A DNA stretch of 64,000 bases from Phoronis australis (Eukaryota; Animalia; Phoronida), in NCBI GenBank assembly GCA_002633005.1, contig NMRA01000230.1, positions 385,271 to 449,270 of the forward strand. Reading direction: 5' to 3'. A model generated the notes under the pieces. That model saw nothing but the letters and a program-made list of their open reading frames with translations, had not been told where the DNA came from and searched no databases. A program made the position numbers and the translations under genes. Positions 12,176 through 24,989 of this stretch are shown in pieces (position 1 is the stretch's first letter; each line of letters begins with the position of its first letter).

Positions 12176-13010
12176 AACTAAACAAGGCGATCCAGATCCT
12201 GTCAAGGATACTATTGTTTCACGAAATGTAGAATATATAGATATATATATGTAAATAAAACAACGAGAATGGATCAACTGAAATTTTCGGATATAATGAC
12301 ATCCTTCGTCAACAGAAACAGAAATAAAGTAAAATCTAACACTCTATGACAATTGACATTTAAGATGTGGCGTAATGAATATGATAGATTGTTGCTTAAA
12401 AAATCAATGATATAATTTAAGAAGTTTTTATGTTTAAACCATTAAGTTCTAGTGTATTGAGCTTGTCTATCCAATATTGTTCCCTTTTGAGTCTGTGAGA
12501 GGTACTGGGGTGTTGGAGTTTTTCTATTATTTGTACAGAAAGATCTTGAAGATTATGGTTTTTGGAATTCAAAGGATTACTTATTGTGTCAGAAATGTTT
12601 TTATGTATTATGTTTAATCTTGAGTTTGTAGATTATGTTGAGTTTGTACTACGTATTGGATAGAACATTTTTTACATGTTATAAGGTAAATAATATTGTT
12701 GGTGGTGCAATCAGAATAATGTTTTATTTCAAAGTTTTCATTGGTTTGGGAAGACTGGAAGAAAGTACTATCGTCGATAAAGTTACACATTTTACATCTA
12801 GTTTTGTTACATTGTGTGTTGCCAATAGGTTTGTCACTTTGGTATGTATTGTCGATATTAGCTTTAACTGTTTTGCGTCATTAGAAAGGTTTTGCAAAGC
12901 GACGTGAACTTGAATAATCACGCATTCATACATGCCATTGTTGTCTATGAAGTAATCGCGACAGTGTTTGAGTATTTTACGCGAGTACAGAAAGATTCGC
13001 GTAGCGTTAA
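12176..13010 (-). mobile_element. Decayed Penelope-like element (GIY-YIG endonuclease 3' part)
   Basis: Minus frame reads CNKTRCKMCNFIDDSTFFQSSQTNENFEIKHYSDCTTNNIIYLITCKKCSIQYV, a PLE GIY-YIG with Cys knuckle, disrupted by stops. Absent upstream of ATP-grasp copy 2. Confidence 0.75.
12278..12315 (-). ncRNA. Minimal type-I hammerhead ribozyme-like motif at PLE 3' end
   Basis: CTG-TTGACGA-A-GGATGTCATTATATCC-GAA-AATT-T-CAG: 3-bp stem I, C3U core variant, stem II, palindromic stem III. Confidence 0.5.
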
Positions 13011-15469
13011 ACGCAAAATCTAAAGCCCTTATTAATTCTTTTTTGGTAAGAGTTCAAAATGACTTTATTTTGATAGGGTCCTCAATCTTTCTTCTTTGCT
13101 TCAGTATAAAATAAACAAGATTCTTTTGTCCAAAGATGCTCTTAAAGTTTACTTGCAAGAAAGCAACTTTTCCAAAATCCTTATTCTGCCGGGGTTCGCT
13201 GAATGTCATCGAACTAGAATGGATTTTCAACAGGTATAATTTTGAGTTGTTAAATTTTTTTACCTGGTTAATTTACGTGCATCTATTCATTTTAAACTGC
13301 AAGTAAATTCCCCAGTCTTAGAGTTGACCATTTCTCGAAGGAGTTCGTAGAAATAACTTTATCGCGCAGAAGTTGCATCGGCGGAGTGACTTTGTAAACC
13401 AGCTGACATGTACTTGGCTTAAAATAAACGGACGCCCTGAACTCAGTACTCAGTTCACGCTTACTCATGTTACTTTCACGTTCACGTAAACATTTAGCTG
13501 TTGCGAAACCCATTTTTGTTACTGTAACGTAAATCGGTACGTGCAATTATGTATACGTCATATTTCACGTCACGGTCACATAGCTTTGCGAAACCTCTCT
13601 CATATTAATCATAGGCTGCCGCAAAAAATAAAACACCAAAAGCGTAGGGAAATGTTGAGTTTATTAATGAACCCCGGTAATTAANNNNNNNNNNNNNNNN
13701 NNNNNNNNNNNNNNNNNNNNNNNNNNNNNNNNNNNNNNNNNNNNNNNNNNNNNNNNNNNNNNNNNNNNNNNNNNNNNNNNNNNNNNNNNNNNNNNNNNNN
13801 NNNNNNNNNNNNNNNNNNNNNNNNNNNNNNNNNNNNNNNNNNNNNNNNNNNNNNNNNNNNNNNNNNNNNNNNNNNNNNNNNNNNNNNNNNNNNNNNNNNN
13901 NNNNNNNNNNNNNNNNNNNNNNNNNNNNNNNNNNNNNNNNNNNNNNNNNNNNNNNNNNNNNNNNNNNNNNNNNNNNNNNNNNNNNNNNNNNNNNNNNNNN
14001 NNNNNNNNNNNNNNNNNNNNNNNNNNNNNNNNNNNNNNNNNNNNNNNNNNNNNNNNNNNNNNNNNNNNNNNNNNNNNNNNNNNNNNNNNNNNNNNNNNNN
14101 NNNNNNNNNNNNNNNNNNNNNNNNNNNNNNNNNNNNNNNNNNNNNNNNNNNNNNNNNNNNNNNNNNNNNNNNNNNNNNNNNNNNNNNNNNNNNNNNNNNN
14201 NNNNNNNNNNNNNNNNNNNNNNNNNNNNNNNNNNNNNNNNNNNNNNNNNNNNCAATCGGAACTATGGCTAAGTATAGGCGCTCTCCCGCGATATCCCAGG
14301 CGACCGGCAGTGGCGCTGGGCACAACGGCTCCGTTTCCGTCGTGTGCTCCACTGTGCAATGAAGAAAATCACTTCATTTTTTAAAGAAAATGGAATCTGA
14401 GTGATAATTAAAAAACAGAAGCTGCTGGTAAGATGTCAATTTTAATTGAAGCCTTAGTGAATCACTCAGAAACTCATAATTCTCTCTTTGTGAAACCTCA
14501 ACTTAAGACGATTTCCAAAGCAATCGCGTCATTATTGCACCACAAAAAACGGATTTGGTCTTTTGGGCAATTGAAGACTATTTTAAATACAACAAATTTG
14601 TTACGAACTGATTGCACAAAATATAAAACATGTAATAAGCATTACAAAAGAATGAGGTTTAGCGCGCAAACGCTGTGAACCATAAACAAGTAGGTCTCTT
14701 AAAATCAATGAACGAGTGAAATCGTGGGGGTGTAGTGGTAAAGCACGCGCTTTTGCCGCCAGGTTGTGAGTTCGAGTCTGTGGTGCTAGCTGTTTTTTCT
14801 GTTTGACACTTTCTCCTTTTTTTTTTTTTGCCTATTGTCTTGGATAATACTTCAGGAATCAAGGAAAATGCTTGATTTTTAGAGGAAAAAACAAAAAAAT
14901 TTCCTGGGCGGGAGATCCGCCATTGTTAATCACCCTCATTGTGTTATTGTCGTCTGCGCATGAGTGTTGTGAACTATGTAATTGTTAACGAGACATTATC
15001 ACCTATGTTGGCTAATTTTGGTATTGGGGATCAGATCATTTATTTCTTAGAATGTAAATTAACATGTCTCAACTCAGCTTTGTTAAATAAGCAACTAAAG
15101 TCATCTGCTTCAAATAGTAGTGATGAATAAAAATTTATATTGGAAAGAAGACAGTGAAGCTCTGAGTGTGCCAATCCGTTGCAGTTGCGCAGTTAGAGCG
15201 ACGCTATTGGTGAAAATGTTAACTGATGATAACATGAATGAAGCCGCCAACAATATTCGTAATTAAGCACCGTGGATCAACGACAGGCATGAGGTGTACT
15301 TCGCTATCAACTAATAAACCCAAAATAATGCTTGGTTTGCGCAAAGTGTACATTTTTGTTTCGAATAAGCATGCATTCCTTTTTGTAGAGCTGTTTGTAT
15401 GTGTTATTACTGGTAATAAATAACAAAAGACAAAAAAAAACACAGGAACGGTTAGAGTTTTATCGTGTT

Positions 15470-16940
15470 TAGATTTATTCATTTCATTATTTCGTGCGAT
15501 GATGTACTATGATACTCATGCAATAACTAGGGGATAGAGGACCCTTACCGACCTACCCGTACAAGTATAAAATTCAAATTCATGTGTTTCAACATTTAAA
15601 GCCTTGGCCCACATGTTACATAAAATTTACAGGATAACGCTGAGCAGCTTTTCCCTGAGAGCAGTGGCGTGAAATACAAATTTCATTAGATTAATCTGAG
15701 CAATGGGCTCCGACATTTTCATTAGTTTTACAAATTTATGTTTATTTGGTTCACGCCAGCACCACTCAGGTATAAATGCAGTTCTCAGAGAGCAGTACAT
15801 TTTACAAACACATATAAAATGGAATTCATCTTCAATTAGGGACACACAGAAACAACACACACGGTATTTTTGGTCCACGAGAGTATGTCTATCTTTCTCT
15901 ATCATCAAGTTGTGGTTGGAGCAACGTAATTTGGCCATAGCTGCTAAAAAGATATATGGAATATCACGCAACAGATAGGATTCCATTTCAAAATCAATTT
16001 TAAATGAGAAATATGTATTGAGTTTTGAGCTATTCTCCACAACAAAGCTCCAGTCTTGTAAAAAACAATCTTTAATTCGCTGCTCAAAAATGACAAGAAA
16101 CGATGCGTCGAAGCCAACTCCTTGATTGTACCATACCAAACCAAAACCATACCTTTGCAGCAAATTCCTAACAGATGAAGCCCAATTTTTCCTACCAGCC
16201 TCATCCAATGTGACAAGCTTGTCATAGACAGATTTTGGATTTCGATGTGCTGGCATTTTTAACAATTTAAATCAATACTTGATCAGTTTAACAAACAGCT
16301 TTACATAAATTGGATACCTTCCCAGTTCTCCCAGGACAGCATGATTTGGACAGTTACTTCCAACATCCAGCAGTTGCTTACAGAATTTCAATTGGACGCG
16401 CTCGATACTAGAGTATTCTTTAAATCCCCAAATCTCACTTCCATAGCTAATGATTGGGTATGCCATTTTATCAAAAATCTCGAGTGCAATTTTCGGTGAA
16501 AGTCGTCCACATTTTGACTGAAAACGTTTGATTGAAAAAATTGCTTTCTTTGCCTGGTGAGACAAAGTTTCCGTAGCTTGCGTCCAGACTAACTTAGGTG
16601 TAAGGCAAATATCCAGGTACTTATATGATGAGACGACATCAATTTTGTCATTTCCAAAATGCCATTTTTCGTATTTTCTCAATGGTCTGCCCTTTCTAAA
16701 TACCATTATTTTTGTTTTTGTAAAGTTGACTTTCATACCCCAATCCTGACAGCATTCATGCAGAGCGTTAATTTGTTGCTGTAGTTTAAATGCTGTCTCT
16801 GCACAACCAACCATATCATCAGCGTATAGCAACATACAAATTTGAGGCACATTCTCATTTACGTAAATTCCGCTAATTAAAGATTCTCTTAAGTAATCAA
16901 CAAACACGTTCAAATACATACTAAATAAAAAAGGACTTGT
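15470..16940 (-). mobile_element. 5'-truncated LINE (CR1/L2-group-like) reverse transcriptase C-terminal half
   Basis: ORFs 16272-16919 and 15627-16265 are in one frame, split by a single TGA (KYW to KY*). Contains LLYADD, YKYLxI, YGSEIWG and C-x2-C...EDEFHF...C, followed by a 3' UTR. Confidence 0.9.
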
Positions 16941-17989
16941 CCTTAATACAAGTATCGGTTACGACAGACTCCATGCACCACCATTTTAACGTATGATAAG
17001 GCCCTTTAATTGTAACGTCGACGTTCTGGCTTTTGTCATGTGACTTTTTGCTTTAACCAATCATAAAACTGACAAATCCATTCTTCAATTTACGCCAAGT
17101 CCGAGGAAAAATAGGAATTTCAGCGCCCGTCAACACATATACGTATAGCACGCACAACAGAACGCTCGTGACATCATGACACGAGCTCGTTTATAATGCA
17201 CTGTTACAACTCTTATATCGCGCATAATAACAGCAGTCAAAGGCTAACACTTACATCAATAACAACCAATTATAATGAACAGGAAAATAATAATTCGCGT
17301 ATTATGCATTGGTCTTAAGTGGCCTAACTTTCACAATGGAGTAAAAACTGGCGCATACAATAGAGTTACATTGTTTGCGGCGTTACTAGGTTTAGTAAAC
17401 CTGGGACCTAGTCGTCTACTGTATACAAGTACTCTCGCACAGGGAAACACGTAGATGGAGGTGGATGAGAATGAGCGGGTGATGTGCGAGAATTATCAAT
17501 GACGACGGCGAGTTAGAACGTCTGAAAGAGTTAACAGGTTTGTCATCATAAACACCGAGCTCACTCGTGAATGTGACCGGGGAAAGAACGAATAAATTGT
17601 GGTCATGTTCCTGTGCTATATGTTGGCGCGCTATGATGTTGTTCAACACCATCTTACACTGAACAATGTTAACACGGAGCGGACTGGATTGTCGGTCCGA
17701 CTCCCTGTACGATATCTGGTATTAATGTGGGCTACATGCGATTTTCTAAATTAAACAAATTGGCTAACGTGCTCTGAACAAAGTCGCTCATCTAATCATT
17801 TTTGCTAACAAACGCTAAGATCAAAATAAACTTATGGCAAGGCCAACTTTGAGTCACAGAGCGACGGGAGCAAGGTGATGCGTGATTCTCTTTTGCGTAG
17901 CTTCGCAAAAATCTAGACTGGAATATGTAGATGTCTTGGAATCGATATAAGTAAGTAAAACTTTATTTCAAAACGGCATTAGTATATAT

Positions 17990-18400
17990 AATAGTGAACC
18001 GACAGGAAATTAGAATTGTGAACAGTCAACAGTAAAAAGTTTACCATTAGAATGCAGTTGAAATATACACGAGATGCAACAGAACATACGAGTGACATAA
18101 AAGGCGTAACACTAAAGTCTGCCATTTACAACTAGGCCAGGGGTTACACACCGTACATGTATACGAAGTTAAAAATGACATTGAATGCGTACATATAAGT
18201 GTCAAGGCCCTATTGATTGTTCTCACAGAGAGTTAGGAAGTTTGTTCCATAGTTCGCCGTCCTGACTGCAAACAGAATGGAAACCATGGGAAGTTTTGAA
18301 GTGAGTAACGGCAAGGGTATTCACAAATGCGACAAGAATTTTGAATTTATTGTTAAGTGGACATTGTCCTATATTAGCAATGTGCTTGAAAACTTCAAGG
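17990..18400 (-). mobile_element. Short LINE 3'-end remnant
   Basis: GELWNKLPNSL, typical of the CR1/L2 ORF2 C-terminus, followed by UTR-like sequence. Confidence 0.4.
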
Positions 18401-19353
18401 GTTGAGCGTGTATTTCTCCAGGTCACCAGTCGCGCAGCATTTCAAGTGCTCGAGAAAGATGATAGACTATGGCCGCTAGGCATCATCTGAATCCCCCAAT
18501 ATACCGACTTCACTGCTCTCAGTGCCTCTCAACTTTCTTAGACTTTTGCATCCCACGGCAGGTGTCACCCCGGGTCTGTTTCATCACAGGGAACGAGAAT
18601 CTATGGTTTTGTGACGTTAATTTGGACTTACTTCACAACTACTAAAAAGCAGTGAATTAGGAGCACATCACAGTCTAGAAATATATCACCAATATATTTC
18701 ATTTACTTGCAATTACGTGTCTCTCAAATGAGATTTGATTCTTTTTAAGAAATAATTGCATGGAGCGTAAGATCAAAATTCTGACTTTTAAGTACGAGTC
18801 ATTTTTCATAAAATAGGTCCCTACATTGTCAGCAATTCTCAAATATGCCATACAGAAATTAATGGGGGAAGTAATGAATAGTTTGCCTGCACCACTACTC
18901 ATGGGTTTTATTGCCGCGCGGGCAGTGGGTTTGTCAAGTACATTGTTTTGTACACGCTGGTTATTAATATTTGTAGTGCAAAACAGCGGGTTTCCTTCGT
19001 AAGCTGTATCAAAGTATCACATGCACACAAATGCAATGCGTACCGTAAGTTATGCCGAGTAGTAACACAAGTATAGATTAGTATTGACTCTACCATTCTA
19101 CCGCCTTTGTTTAGACGCATTCCGCAGGGACCACCCCTGGTTATCAACAAAGAGGCCACTTACAACATCATCCGCCATTCAAGTTCATTTGTTATAGACC
19201 TGTTACTCTGTCACTGCAAAGGGTAACGTTTACTCCTCGCGTTATGCTACAGGAAACTAAACGTGAAATATTGGAAGGTGTAGATAATGTTTTGTCATTT
19301 GCATTCACGTGAACACACGCCGCTTCACTGTCTTACCAAAAGATTTATTTCAA

Positions 19354-19584
19354 CATACGCGCACCCAGCCTTCAATATGGGGGGGGGGCTCGAATTCCTA
19401 ACGCTGTGAACCTTTTGGTAACGAAATAGCCAGCGGACCACTGTGAATTGCATGTTTGTGCTTGTCGCTTGTCTAGTGGAGTTTTGTCTAATTTTCTTGG
19501 ACTTTTCGTTTCTCACAGGCGGACCTTTTTGCCCACTTCGCCAAATGGGGGGCTCATTCGAGCCCCCCCATGAGTGCGCGCATG
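19354..19584. mobile_element. MITE, CATGCGCGCACCCA TIR family, 5-bp TSD TTCAA
   Basis: TIRs and TSD at 19349-19353 / 19585-19589; sister copies at 26169-26378 and 29248-29512. Confidence 0.8.
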
Positions 19585-20055
19585 TTCAAAGGTAATCCAC
19601 CGCTGTACAAATCGAAAATGCTTTCAACAGACGCTTTACCACAGAGTGGCGTGACTTCGCGAGATATGACAATATATCACAAGAGCAGCATTTGATCAAA
19701 GCAGCTTCGTTAGCAAAATACTTGCGTCTACTAGCTCCACCTTGCGACTGACGACTTAAGAAAAAATGACCATACGATCCCACTTAACAATTGCCGAAAA
19801 ATAAGTTTCGCCAAGTAATTATGAGCGCATCACACTCTAGAAATAATTCATAGAAATTGTCAATTCTAGTTACGTGTGAAACGTAAGATCAAATTTCTGA
19901 CTTGAGTCTCTTAAGTGTCGCTTCATGATCCCTATGTCGTTTGCATGAAACAGGGCACAAAATAGGAACCTAAGTCAGTTCCCTAAATCTTCTGGGCATT
20001 TGAATCTTTGTTACGCCTTTCTATCATTTTACCTTTATTCTGTACTTCACTTTTA

Positions 20056-20145
20056 CATCGTCATCGTCATCATATCACCGTCATCAACACCATCATCGTC
20101 GTCGTCTTCGTCGTCATCATCATTAATACTATTACTCATCGTCAT
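20056..20145. repeat. Degenerate (CAT/CGT)n microsatellite
   Basis: catcgtcatcgtcatcat...gtcgtcttcgtcgtcatcatc. Confidence 0.7.
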
Positions 20146-20221
20146 TTGAAGATATGTCACTTTTGCAAAGTGTACGTTTGCATGAACCTTTACAGTGCCT
20201 TATTTACTTTCAGTTTCAACA

Positions 20222-20381
20222 ATGACTAGTCGACAAGAATCCGACAAGCCGAAGAAAAAATCGAAAAAGGTGGATTTCATATTCTACCTCCAACGAGTCA
20301 TCTCCGAACAAGTGCCACTGTTGGAGAAGCGGACTGCGGATAACTATGATCGAGCTATGAACATAACCAAGAAAGTACTAG
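20222..20381 (+). CDS. Mab-21/cGAS-like receptor (cGLR) family gene, first coding exon
   Basis: MTSRQESDKPKKKSKKVDFIFYLQRVISEQV...AMNITKKVL (spine-helix-like); donor G|gttagt phase 1. An acceptor (ctttcag) just upstream implies a 5' UTR exon. Confidence 0.7.
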
Positions 20382-22420
20382 GTTAGTACACAGTGACGTC
20401 AGCATAGCTTTCAAGAACCATCATTACCTGTGTATAACAACGGGTGCTCATGAGTGCGAAATTTGAAATGTGTGGTTAACTTGTCTCTCTGTAATTATCG
20501 TACGTAACACGTACCATGAACAAGATTGCCTATGGCTAGGTGTTTTATGACGCTGTCTCAATGCTCTTAGGGGACGTTGAACTCGTCACATCAATGTGAG
20601 AAAAATACTAATTGAGGGTTAATTTCTTTCCTTTGAAGACCATTCACAAGGTTATCTGGGAACTGTCGAACAAGTCTGGGTATTTGGTCAAATATCTGCA
20701 AAACAGTAGATTTTAACTCGGTAAAAATACATATTTTCTGATAGTAAAATGCTTGCAAATTTGAATTTAATCTGCCATTGATTGGGCCACCTGAATATGT
20801 ATTTTTTGATAAAATTTAGCAAAAATGAAGGTATGTTGATAGCAAAACAACGGTACCAATGACGTCATTAAATTTCATTTGATATAAATGTTCAAGGTGA
20901 AGTCTCAAAAACGCTGTTACAGTTTTCAAAATTATCATTTCATACTGGTTTGAATAAATTTTGATTTTTTTATGAAAATCACAAAAGTCCAACTTTCATG
21001 TGAAAGTGGAACATAACAAATCATTTCCTAACAGTATATACGTAATACCGACGGAGCATGTATATCGCACACCGTTTGGCATTTTAACTCTGGTCAGCAC
21101 GCCACCTGTGGCCATGCACGTCACACAGCCATACCGACGGATCAGCCAGTCCCGGTTGGAGCAGAAATCTTTTCACTTATATTCATTAGGTCACGTGATG
21201 TGGTCACATGGGACGTGCTGACCAGGCGTGCGTTCAGTAGACGCTAGGACCTACGCTAGGACTTTGTAGCTAAAACCTAGTCAAAGTCACGTGTTCTTAT
21301 TTACAATGCACGGCAATATCTCACGTAATCTCGCGAAGTCTTGCTTTTTAGCGAGGTCCTAGAGTTACTGAACGGGAGGCAGACTTACAAATGCGATTTC
21401 ACAACAGTGTTTTAAGCACAGTGTCTAAAAAGGTCAAGGCCAGTTATTCCTGAGAAATGATGCTCCACAGTTAGCCCCATCATGGCCACTTTTCTCGAAT
21501 CGTGCATACATCTAACTTGTTATGCTATAGTAACGAACCTGACGACACATACGGGAAAGGCTAAATCTTATTTTTTGCGGTTTACAAGTCGTAGTGGGTA
21601 TGGCCGGATTGTCACGTACAACATTCCTGTGACGATCCTGACCACCTCCCTATCGACACCGATTGTGTGGTAGGACTCTAGTCATGGAGGCTCGCCTGTG
21701 GAGATCCTAACCACTGCCCTAACTACAGCCATTGTGTGGGAGGACACTTGGTGCCGGGTCGTTGGCAAAGAAGTGTACTCATTGAATAGGTTCACATTTA
21801 GTCGTCTCAACGTTGATCGCTCGCAAGACAAAAGCGACTGGAAAAGTTAACTTGCACAACAAAAGTGCTTACCTAGAGGCCGCCATTTTACTAGCGGTCG
21901 TCAATCAGGTTACGTTCTAACACTAGCAAGATCTTGTGTTACACTAGAGTAAACTTCTCAAAATCTCACGATAGTGGTGCTGTTGAACAGTGCTGGTTTC
22001 AACTAAGATTCGATTTAAACAAAACCTACTCAAATTCAGAATCATTTTGAAACCCCCAGGTCAGAACCATCCATGGTTTAATATGTTCTCTGAGTTGCCC
22101 GCTAACGTTCTGACGTAGTGAGTATAATGTCACGAGATTATCTTTATAATTAGACGTCCCCCTTTCCTTATTGTGAGGAAAGCGCGACCACGCAAATATT
22201 CGCGGGATATCGCCATGCATTGCAACCGAAACGCGTGATTGCAGTAACTTTTCGCGATTGTCTTAACTCTACGAAACGCGGCCCCGACCTTCATTCTGCT
22301 GAAGAATGCATTGACCTATAGCTCTCAAACTGATCATATCTCAGGGTATGACGTTGTCTATCGTCTTCATCATCTTCCATGTCCATCAACAGATTGGCGT
22401 TTTATTTTGTCCCTGTGCAG

Positions 22421-22572
22421 GTGCGGCGATGACGTATGATGCAGCATTTCAGCACCACTTTCTGGACATGGAGGCATTCGAAGCAGCTCCTGCAAAGATA
22501 CAGACGATAGACGCCAACAATTTTGTGTGCAGAGTATTTTTTAAACGCTTCATGTTCCCGAATTCCTTTACG
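22421..22572 (+). CDS. Mab-21/cGLR gene, exon 2
   Basis: Acceptor ccctgtgcAG, phase 1 in, donor ACG|gtgagt phase 0 out. Encodes GAAMTYDAAF...KIQTIDANNFVCRVFF, aligning with the NTase 'v.spnEFEV' strand. Confidence 0.75.
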
Positions 22573-23148
22573 GTGAGTCTATAGAAAATCTCATAAAAGG
22601 CACTGCGTTGGTGTTATGATGTTGTAAGTGCCAACTCCTGTGCACATATTATACAAATTGTATACTTATCTTCGTATTAATTCATTATGTACAGAATAAT
22701 ATGAAAAAACAGACAGACAAATGTTCTTTATATAGTTCTCTTTAAAGCCTTTTAAATGCCATACTAGCGACACCTAGTCAACTCATGTGAATATTTAAAT
22801 AAGGGAGTCGATACAGTCAGAAACTTGGCTGTATTTTCGGCTTACACGAAGCCGGGACTATGCCAGTTTCTTTGGAACCTCTTTTTGAACTCCCAGTCAC
22901 TCCTAGCCACGTGACAATCATCTCAACAGGCCGGGTCATATAAATACTCAGTTTCATCTTAGTCATCTTGACCATCATCAGTATATAATTACGGACCACA
23001 CACTTGACGTAGAGGGGGCAGTAAATTAGGCTCTGTGACTTCCAACTGCTTGTTATTTGGTGCTATTCATGAACTATTTTAACCAAGTTAATAGCCACTA
23101 TCACGTGCATTGCAAATCTCGCCCAAGGAGTCTTAACAGTAACCCTAN

Positions 23149-23478
23149 GCTAAGGAATTCTGAGGACATTGCAGTCTACAATAACTTACTATTCAGCTAA
23201 GGAATTCTGAGGACATTGCAGTCTACAATAACTTACTATTCAGCTAAGGAATTCTGAGGACATTGCAGTCTACAATAACTTACTATTCAGCTAAGGAATT
23301 CTGAGGACATTGCAGTCTACAATAACTTACTATTCAGCTAAGGAATTCTGAGGACATTGCAGTCTACAATAACTTACTATTCAGCTAAGGAATTCTGAGG
23401 ACATTGCAGTCTACAATAACTTACTATTCAGCTAAGGAATTCTGAGGACATTGCAGTCTACAATAACTTACTATCTCA
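23149..23478 (+). repeat. 7 x 47-bp perfect tandem repeat whose last unit is a candidate cGLR exon (23432-23478)
   Basis: Unit gctaaggaattctgaggacattgcagtctacaataacttactattca starts at 23149 + 47n, immediately after an N. The last unit ends TCTCA|gtaagt. Confidence 0.85.
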
Positions 23479-24002
23479 GTAAGTAGCAGGTGTATGTATA
23501 TTTTCATAGGCTTTACATTTTTGTTCAAGTGAGATTTGATCATTTGTCAGAACTACTTTTTTGGAGCGTAAGACCAAAATTTTGACCTAAAACCTGCAAG
23601 ATCACTTTTCATGAAACTGGCCTCTCGACATCGCAAGTAATTTCAAGAAGTCCATCCTACGCAACAATAATATCCAATTGCATTTTCTACCCTAAATCGG
23701 ACTATGTCCCTTTAACGCCACTCTGAGCTCCTTTCTGCTGGTGAAAATGTTGCAGAATCGGTGCAGGCAAGATGTCAGGGATTTGTAGCCTAGCAACAGT
23801 ATTGCTTTTATCCAGGAACGTATTGTCATTAGCAGCCATTCATTATTTGTGTCATAACGTCTAAATTCTCAATGTCTTTTCCTCTCGATTTTGCTTTTAT
23901 AGTTTAGTTTTGTGTACATAAATATACTACATTTTCTATTTTACCAACGGGTAATGAATTAATTGTACTTGTGACTTTGATACTGCATGTGTGGGTCTAC
24001 AG

Positions 24003-24138
24003 GTGCTTGACGATTGTGGAAGACACAGGTTTATGCACCGGGTGCCCATATATAAACCTCTCACTGGATGTATTGTCAGCAAGAATGTGATGTATTGTCA
24101 GCAAGAATGTTCCGCGATCAGTACTTAAACGGGTACTT
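24003..24138 (+). CDS. Mab-21/cGLR gene, internal exon carrying a 22-bp tandem duplication (frame and 3' boundary uncertain)
   Basis: Acceptor ctacAG at 24002. Without the duplicated gatgtattgtcagcaagaatgt it reads CLTIVEDTG...DVLSARMFRDQY, resembling Mab-21 YLSARKIRSRF; with the duplication that frame hits TGA. Confidence 0.5.
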
Positions 24139-24830
24139 GTGAGTTAGCGGTAGAGACGGATTGGTATTATAGTGGTACGCGGGGGCCTGCTGTTTGGCGT
24201 GTGCGGCCATATATCCGCCTACTGTCATAAAAGTAATTTTTGTCATAGACCATTTACGGTAATGAAATTGGTCTCAAACTATGTTTAGCCAAATTAGAGG
24301 GGATTCATGGGCTTTGAGATTTAAGATTAAAATTCGTTGTCGCTTGAGACCAGACTCTTCAAATTCTTAGAATGTCACTTTATGCTCCGAGCTCGAGGAA
24401 TAAAGATTGCCAGTTCTTTACAAATCGACACATCACTTCTCAACTCAACCAAAGGAAATACCTATACAGTCATCGTTGATATTCTTTCTTTTAATCTATG
24501 TTTCACTGAATACTGGACTAACTTACACTAACACCGCTTTCCCCCGGTATAACTGGTCTCAGCTGGAAATGGTTTCGTGGATTGGAAAAACTGACTCTTT
24601 GGTATTGCTTGCGACAATTTTCGGCGCATTAAATAACCAGTCGTAACACGCCAGCGTATGTAGCCTGGTCTCAACCAGTGGCCAAGTGTCAGTTCGCTCC
24701 AAGCATAGCAATCAACTCTGTCGGTAGAGTAGTTTAGACCAATTTCATAACGTTAAACATCAAAATGTCTCAATTAAAACATTTCTGTTAACGAAAGGCG
24801 CAATATTTCAACTTCAATCATCTATTCTAG

Positions 24831-24989
24831 GTCTTGTGAATGCCCTAAAACGTCTGACATCTGGCGGTAAAAACGAAGAACTACTGGATTTAAGCATCAT
24901 TCCCACATTTCCGAACGTCACCATTGAACTTCCGACCGACGATGACGGTGAAAGTGCTCTTTCTATTCAAATTGTACCGGCCATCAAAG
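24831..24989 (+). CDS. Mab-21/cGLR gene, penultimate exon
   Basis: Acceptor tattctAG, donor AAAG|gtacgt. Encodes LVNALKRL...PNVTIEL...LSIQIVPAIKG (third NTase strand, cf. Mab-21 VQITPAFK). Confidence 0.8.

Noticed and set aside
13605-14359. Long ORFs through N runs (also 8788-9294)
   Set aside because: Artefacts of assembly gaps.
14728-14785. tRNA gene (ggtgtagtggta...gttcgagtc)
   Set aside because: A/B-box-like only; no acceptor or anticodon stems, and it lies inside a repeat.
22803-22915. Alternative cGLR exon (...YTKPGLCQFLWN...)
   Set aside because: No polypyrimidine acceptor or phase-compatible donor.
23149-23478. CRISPR array or hammerhead array
   Set aside because: Identical units with no spacers, a eukaryotic context and no cas genes; CTGAGGA is present but GAAA and the stems are not.
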